From Caldisericota bacterium (lineage in GTDB: Bacteria > Caldisericota > Caldisericia > Caldisericales > Caldisericaceae): a stretch of 64,000 nt of DNA. Positions within the stretch are counted from its first letter, which is position 1; each line of letters opens with the position of its first letter. The notes under the pieces are model-generated. The model was given only the letters and a program-made list of their open reading frames with translations, searched no databases and had not been told where the DNA came from. The position numbers were made by a program, and so were the translations under genes. Positions 48,739 through 56,326 of this stretch are shown here, one piece after another. The stretch spans positions 3,423-67,422 of the forward strand of contig JAUXIC010000001.1 in NCBI GenBank assembly GCA_030621215.1, read 5' to 3'.

Positions 48739-49400
48739 TAGCTGTCATTCCTGCTTATAATGAAGAAAAAAATATGAGGGCTGTAGTTAAAAAAACTCTA
48801 CAGCACACAGATTTTGTTATTGTAGTAGATGATGGATCTAATGATAATACAAGCGAAGAAGCTAGGCAAAGTGGCGCATTTGTTATAAGAAATGAAGTAA
48901 ACAAAGGGAAAGCAGGAGCAATGAATGTTGGTTTTAAGCATGCGCTTAAGAAGGGTGCAGATTTCATTGTTGTTTTAGATGCTGACGGCCAGCATGATCC
49001 TGATGAAATCCCTGTATTTGTAAACAAAATAGATGAAGGTTTTGACCTTGTAGTGGGAGCAAGGCAGTTTAATAGAGAACTTATGCCGGTAAGAAGAATA
49101 CTTGCCAATGCTTTTTCTTCTTTTCTTACCTCTCTTGCTACTTGCACAAAAATTTTGGATAGCCAGTCAGGTTACAGGGTTATTCGAAGAAATGTACTCG
49201 AGAAAATATGTTTTACTTCCAGCAGATATCAAATAGAAACAGAAATGCTTATAAAAGCTGCAAAATGTGGTTTTAAAATATGTTTTGTTCCCATTAAGAC
49301 AATATATACACCTCAGGCACAAAGCAAAATTAATCAGCTTATTGACCCTGCAAGATTTGTATTTCTTGTGGTGAAGCTTTTTTTCTGGAGGTGCAAATGA
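48732..49400 (+). CDS. Family 2 glycosyltransferase (polyprenol-phosphate sugar transferase-like)
   Basis: 222 aa with IPAYNEE, VVDDGSND, the DxD context VLDADGQHD, and QSGYR. Confidence 0.8.
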   Translation: MLIAVIPAYNEEKNMRAVVKKTLQHTDFVIVVDDGSNDNTSEEARQSGAFVIRNEVNKGKAGAMNVGFKHALKKGADFIVVLDADGQHDPDEIPVFVNKIDEGFDLVVGARQFNRELMPVRRILANAFSSFLTSLATCTKILDSQSGYRVIRRNVLEKICFTSSRYQIETEMLIKAAKCGFKICFVPIKTIYTPQAQSKINQLIDPARFVFLVVKLFFWRCK

Positions 49401-50614
49401 GAGAAATACTTGATTTGCACGTGCATTCGCGCTTTAGCCGCGCAACGAGCAAAGATATGAATATAGAAGGCATGGCAGAACGGGCAAAGAAGAAAGGGAT
49501 TACTATTCTTGGGACAGGGGATATTACTCACCCGGAATGGATGAAAGAGGTCAAAAAAAAACTTGTAGATTTGAAAAACGGGTTATTTGAATTTGGTGGC
49601 GTAAAGTTTATCCTTTCAGGTGAAATAAATATTGTTTTTAACTTAGATGGTAAATTAAGGAAAATACATGTCCTTCTTACTGTACCGTCTTTTGATTTAT
49701 TGGATGTTTTGAATGCAGAACTTTTGCATTTTGGTGATCTCCTTTCCGATGGGCGGCCCACAATTTTTATCTCGGGAGAAAAACTTTTAAAATTAGTTTC
49801 TTCTATATCAGATAAAATTTTTGTTATTCCTGCCCATATTTGGACACCATGGTTTGGATTATTTGGCTCAAAATCTGGTTTTGATAGAATTGCAGATTGT
49901 TTTGGCGATGAAACTTATAAAATTTTTGCACTGGAAACAGGATTAAGTTCAGATCCTTATTTAAATTATCTTGTGAGGGATATTGACCGTTTTACAGTGA
50001 TTTCCAATTCCGATGCTCATTCTCTGGAAAACTTGGGGAGAGAAGCAAACGTGATGGAGAATGTTTCTTCTTATGAAGAAATTTTTACTGCAATTAAAAA
50101 TAAAGATAGGAAAAAATTTCTTTTTACGATTGAATTTTTCCCGGAGGAAGGCAAATATTTTGGCGATGGCCATAGGAAGTGTGGAGTGCATTTTGTGCCA
50201 GAATGCGCTGAAAAAGTTTTTTGTCCTGTTTGTGGCAAACCTCTTACGTATGGGGTTTTTCATAGGGTAATGGATCTTGCGGGGTGGAAGGAAGAAGAGA
50301 GAAGTGATGGAAAAATTCCATTTATACATGTCATTCCACTTAAAGAAATTTTATCACAGGTTTTTAAAAAAGGTAAAGGGACAAAAGTGATTGAGAGAGA
50401 ATATCTAAACGTGCTGAATGAATTAAATACAGAGATTGATGCGTTAGTTTTTAAAAGCAAAAGAGTTTTGTTTGATAAAATTAATGCAGATGTGGCAAAG
50501 GCTATCGTTGCAATGCGTAGCGGGAATGTGGTAAAACAAGCTGGATATGATGGAGAATATGGTAAATTAACAATAAACATGGAAGGAGAACAACAAGTTG
50601 GGCTATTTAATTGA
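49391..50614 (+). CDS. PHP-domain endonuclease Q (EndoQ)-like protein
   Basis: 407 aa with LHVHSRFSRATS, GTGDITHP, PAHIWTPW, ISNSDAHS..LGRE, Zn-finger CGVHF..C..CPVCG, and C-terminal GYDGEYGKL. Collinear with my memory of Pyrococcus EndoQ. Confidence 0.7.
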   Translation: MQMREILDLHVHSRFSRATSKDMNIEGMAERAKKKGITILGTGDITHPEWMKEVKKKLVDLKNGLFEFGGVKFILSGEINIVFNLDGKLRKIHVLLTVPSFDLLDVLNAELLHFGDLLSDGRPTIFISGEKLLKLVSSISDKIFVIPAHIWTPWFGLFGSKSGFDRIADCFGDETYKIFALETGLSSDPYLNYLVRDIDRFTVISNSDAHSLENLGREANVMENVSSYEEIFTAIKNKDRKKFLFTIEFFPEEGKYFGDGHRKCGVHFVPECAEKVFCPVCGKPLTYGVFHRVMDLAGWKEEERSDGKIPFIHVIPLKEILSQVFKKGKGTKVIEREYLNVLNELNTEIDALVFKSKRVLFDKINADVAKAIVAMRSGNVVKQAGYDGEYGKLTINMEGEQQVGLFN

Positions 50615-51572
50615 TCGGTTTGGGCGAAAAATAATTTATATGCGGTTTTCTGTTACTCCAAGATGCAATTTTAATTGTATCTACTGCACTTCGCATGTTA
50701 GTGATGACAGGAGAACAGAAGAATTTACTAAGGATGATATGGCATTTTTATTCCATACAGTATCTGAATTGGGAATCGAAAAAGTGCGAATTACTGGTGG
50801 AGAGCCTTTACTCCGCGGAGACATCGTTGATATTGTACAGAGCGCCAGTATTAATAAAAACATAAAAGAGATTGTCTTGACTACTAATGGGTCGTTGTTA
50901 AAACAATTTGCTCAGTCTCTGAAAGATGCAGGGCTTACACGAGTGAATATTAGTCTGGATACTTTGCGGAGAGAAGTGTTTGAGAAAATTACTCAGAGAG
51001 ATTTTTTTGAAAATGTGATGGATGGAGTAAATGCATCTATTAATGTTGGCCTTACCCCGCTAAAGATTAACACTGTCCTGATGAAAGGTATAAACGAAGA
51101 AGATATTGTTCCTATTGCCGGGCTTTCTTTAAAATACCCGGTTATCGTGCGCTTTATCGAACTTATGCCCGTAGGAAATGATGGTTTTTGGAAGGATCAT
51201 TATATGAGTTTTGCAGAGGCATTAGATCTGATAAAGAGAAAATATGAGTTAAGCGTAGGAAAAGGCACCAAAGGAGAGGTTGCAGATTATTATAAAATTG
51301 TAGGAAGTGAAGGGAAAATAGGTTTTATTACCCCCGTAAGTCAGCATTTTTGTGCTACTTGCAACAGAATTCGCATTACTTCAACGGGTAAGATATACCC
51401 GTGCCTCTTTTCTAAAGAAATTGTAGATATATGGGAAGCGGTCAAATCGCAAGACAGCGGCGAGGTGGTTAAACTTATCAAAAAATCTGTTAAAATTAAA
51501 CCTGCGGCGCATGGCGCCATTGAAAAGGATGATAAGCAATTTATTGAAAATATGAAAGAGTTAGGGGGGTGA
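50598..51572 (+). CDS. moaA: GTP 3',8-cyclase MoaA
   Basis: 324 aa with radical-SAM motif CNFNCIYC, C-terminal cluster CATCNRIRITSTGKIYPC and terminal GG. TTG start. Confidence 0.9.
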   Translation: MGYLIDRFGRKIIYMRFSVTPRCNFNCIYCTSHVSDDRRTEEFTKDDMAFLFHTVSELGIEKVRITGGEPLLRGDIVDIVQSASINKNIKEIVLTTNGSLLKQFAQSLKDAGLTRVNISLDTLRREVFEKITQRDFFENVMDGVNASINVGLTPLKINTVLMKGINEEDIVPIAGLSLKYPVIVRFIELMPVGNDGFWKDHYMSFAEALDLIKRKYELSVGKGTKGEVADYYKIVGSEGKIGFITPVSQHFCATCNRIRITSTGKIYPCLFSKEIVDIWEAVKSQDSGEVVKLIKKSVKIKPAAHGAIEKDDKQFIENMKELGG

Positions 51573-52049
51573 TTGGGAAAAATGAGCCAGATAGATGAAA
51601 ATGGACGGGCAAGAATGGTAAATGTCACCGAAAAAGAGGAAACCGTTAGGTTTGCCAGGGGGCATGCCCGGATAAAAATGCGTAAAGATGTTTTAGATAT
51701 GGTAATTTCTGGAGAAATTAAAAAAGGTGATGTATTGAGCGTTGCGAAAATTGCTGGCATTCTTGCGGCTAAAAAGACAGGGGAATTGATTCCCCTCTGT
51801 CATCCGTTAAATATTACACATTTAGATATTTCTTTTAAAATTCTTAAAAACCCTTCTGCCATTGAAATCGAAGGAACTGCTGAACTTGTGGGGAGGACAG
51901 GTGTGGAAATAGAAGCTTTAACTGCAGTATCTGTTGCTGCACTTACCATCTATGATATGTGTAAATCGTTGGATAAAGAAATGGAGATTGACGAGGTTTA
52001 TCTTATTGAAAAATTCGGCGGGGAAAGTGGTCATTTTATAAAAAAATAG
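51573..52049 (+). CDS. moaC: Cyclic pyranopterin monophosphate synthase MoaC
   Basis: 158 aa with KGDVLSVAKIAGILAAKKT, IPLCHPL and ALTIYDMCK. ATG 51582 is an alternative start. Confidence 0.9.
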   Translation: MGKMSQIDENGRARMVNVTEKEETVRFARGHARIKMRKDVLDMVISGEIKKGDVLSVAKIAGILAAKKTGELIPLCHPLNITHLDISFKILKNPSAIEIEGTAELVGRTGVEIEALTAVSVAALTIYDMCKSLDKEMEIDEVYLIEKFGGESGHFIKK

Positions 52050-52063
52050 AGAAAATTTTTTGC

Positions 52064-52091
52064 TTGACACAAAATAAAAAAATGATACAAT
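52064..52091 (+). promoter_or_regulatory. Putative promoter for the rpoB-(EF-G paralog)-rpoC operon
   Basis: TTGACA, 16-nt spacer, TACAAT, 35 nt upstream of the rpoB ATG. SD ggaggg lies 4 nt from the start. Confidence 0.5.
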
Positions 52092-52126
52092 ATTTATTTG
52101 CTATGTTTTCAGAAGAAGGAGGGTAA

Positions 52127-55100
52127 ATGGAAAATATAATAGATTTTTCCAGGACGAAACCAACTATTGAAATGCCGTATCTCCTCAAGGTGCAGAAAGA
52201 ATCTTATGAGGATCTCATGAACAGAAAGTTGGGGGAAATATTGGCAGGAATATTTCCAATTGAAACAAAGAAGATTACGCTTGAATTTGTAAGTTATTCT
52301 GTTACCGACCCTATAAAATCTATGGAAGATTGTCTGCGTATTGGTGCTACTTACGAAGCGCGCATAAATGCTACTTTTAGATTGACTTATAAGGAAACCG
52401 GGGAGATTATAGAGCAGAACGTATATCTTGCAGATATTCCTGTAATGACTCCCGAAGGGTGTTTTATCATCAATGGAAGAAAAAGGGTTGTTGTGCAACA
52501 ACTCCTACGTTCTCCCGGTGTATTTTTTCAATTAAACCGGGAAAAAGATTCTGGCATTATTAATTATGTTGTTACTATGATTCCTGATCATGGAACCTGG
52601 ATGGATATGGAAGCGGGAAAAGACAATGTTATATATATGAGGCTTAAAAAGAAGATGCGTAAAATCCCACTTTCAACGGTTCTTAAAGTGATAGGTTTTT
52701 CATCTAACGAGGAAATACTCTCTACCTTTAATAGAGTAATGTCGATTAATATTTTAACAAAAGCAGAATCTTCTTATCAGGTAGCTCTCGGGAAAGTGCT
52801 TGTCGAAGATGTAAAAAATGAAAAGGATGGCAAGATACTTCTTAAAAAAGGTACGCGATTTACGGAAAAAGCTTTAGACATCCTTTTTAAAAATAATATA
52901 GAGCGAATTACACTTAAACTTAAAGGTGTAGATTACTGGATTGAGCAGACAGTCAAGAGAGACAGAAGCAATACTCCAGAACAAGCCATGATGGATATTT
53001 ATAAAATTGTACATCCTAAAGAAAGAATTACATTAGACGGGGCTAAGTCACTTGTGGAGGGTCTTTTGATTAATCCAACGAGAAATAGCTATTTTCCTGT
53101 GGGTCGTCATAAGATTAATATGAAATTTGGTACAAATATAGATAGCCCGAACCTTACAAAGGAAGATTTTATAAATATCATTAATTATCTTATAGATATA
53201 CGGGAAGGAATTAAAAAAGAAGATGACATCGACAATTTAATGAATAGAAGAGTAAGAACTGTTGGTGAACTTGTAGGGGAAGAAATAGAAAGAGGATTAA
53301 TCAGGGTACAGAGGAACGTAAAAGACAGAATTACTATTTCCCAGAAAGATAGAATAAAACTTTCTGAAATTATTAACGCAAAAACAATATCTGGCCAGCT
53401 TAGACAGTTTTTTGGCACCAATCAACTGTCTCAATTTATGGAGGAGACTAATCCTCTTTCCGCTATAGCTCATAAGAGAAGGTTAAGCTCTCTAGGACCT
53501 GGCGGTTTGCATAGAAAGCGGGCAGGTGTCGAGGTAAGGGACGTGCATCACTCACATTATAGTAGAATTTGTCCTGTTGAAACGCCTGAAGGGCAAAATA
53601 TAGGGTTAATTAATTCGCTTGCTTCATATGCTAAGATTGATGAACTTGGTTTTATTACAGCTCCTTACAGAAAAGTAGAGAAGGGCAGAGTTAAAGATGA
53701 AATTATTGAGCTCACTCCCGCTGATGAGGAAAAATATATTATTGCACAGGCAAACACCCAAGTCGATACGAATGGCATGATTAGTACTGATAATGTCATT
53801 GCCCGGGAAAAAAGCGTATCCGGGGAAATTATTCCTCAAACCGTTACTAGAAGCGAAGTAGAGTTAATGGATATCGTTCCACAGCAAGTTATAGGCGTAT
53901 CTGCTTCCCTTATTCCTTTTCTTGAACATGATGATGCAACCAGGGTTCTTATGGGGTGTAATATGCAGAGACAGGCAGTGCCATTAATTGATCCTGATCC
54001 TCCTCGGGTTGCAACAGGTGTAGAAAAGAGGGTTCCTCTTGATAATGGAGACCTTCCACTTGCCGAGGAAGATGGCATTGTTTCGCTTGTAACAGGGAGT
54101 CGCGTTTATATAGTGCCCGACGATGCGAAAGCCGAAGAGGTTTCGGTATATAAAGAAGCGAGGGAATTAAAAATAAATCTTTTAAATATGGTAAAACAAA
54201 AAGAAATTCTTCTCTTTGATTATAAACCGAGGGCTGAAGGTCTTAATAAACATGTGGGTGATAGACTTACGTCTTTGATTATTGAGAAACTTATTACAAA
54301 AGGAATAGAAGAGATATCCATAATCGAGGTAGGTAAATTGCAGAAGTTTCCTATAAAGAAATGTTTTGAGCTTGAAAAAAATGAACTTATTGTTGGTGCG
54401 CTTGCTGCTGAAACAATAATGAGCAAAAAGAATAAACCTATTATAGAGGAAGGGCAAAAAATATCTGATACAAAATTAAGCAGACTCTTTAACAGTAAAA
54501 TAAAAAAGATAAAAGTAAAAGAAGATGATCAGGTTGTTGACAAACCTGTGTTTTCTATCAATCTTACAGCCGTAGGGAAAAATATCTTAGGGAAATGGAT
54601 TTTTGCTACATTTGTAGACGCGAAAAGGTCGAAGCATATTGGTAATGAGATCACTGAAGAACTTTTAAAAAAGTTTTATGAAAAAGGTGTTACAGATTTT
54701 CTTATTTATTCGAATGATGATGTAAAGACCTTTTTCCTTGGCAGATTAAATTTAGATGCTGTAGATCTTATAGCAGCTAAAGATTATGTTGTTAAAAAAG
54801 GCAGAAAAAAGGAATATATATTAAATAAAGAAGAGATAATAACTGCTGATACGATGAAAAAACTTGCTGAGGCAGGAATATCCAAGATAAAAATAAAAAG
54901 AGGGAAAGTTTATAAATTAAAGAAATTTTATAGAACAAATCAGGATACATGCAGGAATGAACATCCCATTGTCAGGAAAGGACAACATGTTAAAAAGGGA
55001 GAACCTATTGCCGATAGTTATGCTACAAAAAATACAGAACTTGCTCTTGGTATAAATGTTCTTGTTGCATACATTCCGTGGTATGGTTACAATTACCAGG

Positions 55101-56326
55101 ATGCTGTTGTTATAAGCAGAAGGCTTGTAAGTGAAGATCGCTTAACTTCTATTCATGTAAAAGAGTATAATATCGATGTACACGAGACTGATCATGGAGA
55201 TGAAGAGCTTACTGTGGATCCACCAGATGTTTCAAGAGAAGCCAAGCGATTCCTGGACGAAAATGGTATTGTAAGAGTTGGATCCAAGGTTGGCCCCGGC
55301 GATATCCTGGTAGGAAAAACTACTCCGTTTCCGGAAGAAGATGAGACAAGCGAAGCAAGGCTTTTTAGAACTTTATTTGATAATAGACCTGCTAATATCA
55401 AAAATAGCTCTTTCAAAGTGCCGCCTGGCGAAGGTGGAATAGTGGTAAATGTTAGGAGATTTGCGCAAGAAGATGGATATGAGCTTGCCAGGGGCGTCAG
55501 AGAACTCATTAAAGTACACGTTTCGAGGAAAAGAAAAATTATTGTAGGAGATAAGGTTTCTGGGCGTCATGGCAACAAAGGTGTCATCAGTAAAATTTTA
55601 CCTGAAGAGGACCTCCCATATCTTGATGACGGAACTACAGTGGATGTAATATTAAGTCCATTGAGTGTGCCGTCTAGAATGAATTTGGGTCAGATTCTCG
55701 AAGCTAATATTGGTATTGCCGCTAAAGAACTTAATGTGAGAGTTATTACTCCTATATTTAATGGGGCAAACGAAAAAGAAATTAAAGGTTTACTGAAGGA
55801 AGCAGGATTGCCTGAATCAGGACAGTTTACTATGTATGATGGATGCACTGGTAAGCCTTTTGATTATAAAGTAACACTTGGTGATGCATATTTACTAAAA
55901 TTAAACCACCTTGCGGAAGATAAAATGCATGCACGATCTGTCGGAAAATATACACTTATAACCCAGCAACCAGTGGGTGGAAAAGCACAATTTGGCGGGC
56001 AGAGATTAGGAGAGATGGAAGTATGGGCACTTGAGGCATATGGAGCTTCTGATCTTTTACACGAGATGCTTACAATTAAATCTGATGATCTTGAAGGGAG
56101 AAAGCATGCTTATGAAGAAATTTCAAAAGGTAATACAGTACTTATGCATGGTATTCCCGAGTCATTTAATGTACTTCAGCGAGAGTTACGTGGTCTGGTC
56201 CTTGATTTAAAGGTATTACCCGAAAAGAAAGGTGAAAGACCAAAGAAGGAAAAGCTTATTCATAAAAAGGAAAAGGTAGAACTCACATTGAAGAAAAAGG
56301 AGGAAGAAAGCAGTGAAGTTATATGA
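52127..56326 (+). CDS. rpoB: DNA-directed RNA polymerase beta subunit, with a large lineage-specific insertion
   Basis: 1399 aa with FIINGRKRVVVQQLLRSPGV, LSQFMEETNPLS, RRLSSLGPGGL, NMQRQAVP, RTNQDTC, GYNYQDAV, GRHGNKGV and GGQRLGEMEVWALEAYGA. Confidence 0.97.
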   Translation: MENIIDFSRTKPTIEMPYLLKVQKESYEDLMNRKLGEILAGIFPIETKKITLEFVSYSVTDPIKSMEDCLRIGATYEARINATFRLTYKETGEIIEQNVYLADIPVMTPEGCFIINGRKRVVVQQLLRSPGVFFQLNREKDSGIINYVVTMIPDHGTWMDMEAGKDNVIYMRLKKKMRKIPLSTVLKVIGFSSNEEILSTFNRVMSINILTKAESSYQVALGKVLVEDVKNEKDGKILLKKGTRFTEKALDILFKNNIERITLKLKGVDYWIEQTVKRDRSNTPEQAMMDIYKIVHPKERITLDGAKSLVEGLLINPTRNSYFPVGRHKINMKFGTNIDSPNLTKEDFINIINYLIDIREGIKKEDDIDNLMNRRVRTVGELVGEEIERGLIRVQRNVKDRITISQKDRIKLSEIINAKTISGQLRQFFGTNQLSQFMEETNPLSAIAHKRRLSSLGPGGLHRKRAGVEVRDVHHSHYSRICPVETPEGQNIGLINSLASYAKIDELGFITAPYRKVEKGRVKDEIIELTPADEEKYIIAQANTQVDTNGMISTDNVIAREKSVSGEIIPQTVTRSEVELMDIVPQQVIGVSASLIPFLEHDDATRVLMGCNMQRQAVPLIDPDPPRVATGVEKRVPLDNGDLPLAEEDGIVSLVTGSRVYIVPDDAKAEEVSVYKEARELKINLLNMVKQKEILLFDYKPRAEGLNKHVGDRLTSLIIEKLITKGIEEISIIEVGKLQKFPIKKCFELEKNELIVGALAAETIMSKKNKPIIEEGQKISDTKLSRLFNSKIKKIKVKEDDQVVDKPVFSINLTAVGKNILGKWIFATFVDAKRSKHIGNEITEELLKKFYEKGVTDFLIYSNDDVKTFFLGRLNLDAVDLIAAKDYVVKKGRKKEYILNKEEIITADTMKKLAEAGISKIKIKRGKVYKLKKFYRTNQDTCRNEHPIVRKGQHVKKGEPIADSYATKNTELALGINVLVAYIPWYGYNYQDAVVISRRLVSEDRLTSIHVKEYNIDVHETDHGDEELTVDPPDVSREAKRFLDENGIVRVGSKVGPGDILVGKTTPFPEEDETSEARLFRTLFDNRPANIKNSSFKVPPGEGGIVVNVRRFAQEDGYELARGVRELIKVHVSRKRKIIVGDKVSGRHGNKGVISKILPEEDLPYLDDGTTVDVILSPLSVPSRMNLGQILEANIGIAAKELNVRVITPIFNGANEKEIKGLLKEAGLPESGQFTMYDGCTGKPFDYKVTLGDAYLLKLNHLAEDKMHARSVGKYTLITQQPVGGKAQFGGQRLGEMEVWALEAYGASDLLHEMLTIKSDDLEGRKHAYEEISKGNTVLMHGIPESFNVLQRELRGLVLDLKVLPEKKGERPKKEKLIHKKEKVELTLKKKEEESSEVI

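Noticed and set aside
50560-50620. Moco riboswitch upstream of moaA, and preQ1 riboswitch upstream of queA at 20828..20833.
   Set aside because: There is no intergenic space. moaA overlaps the preceding ORF by 17 nt, and queA follows cvpA by 6 nt.
54130-54900. Possible intein or mobile insertion in rpoB; atpA at 42645..44417, a classic intein host, was also checked.
   Set aside because: There is no Cys/Ser/Thr at an N-extein junction, no block B TxxH and no terminal HN followed by a nucleophile, and no LAGLIDADG or HNH motifs. The rpoB insert is a Lys-rich tandem repeat continuous with flanking conserved sequence. atpA is of normal length (590 aa).
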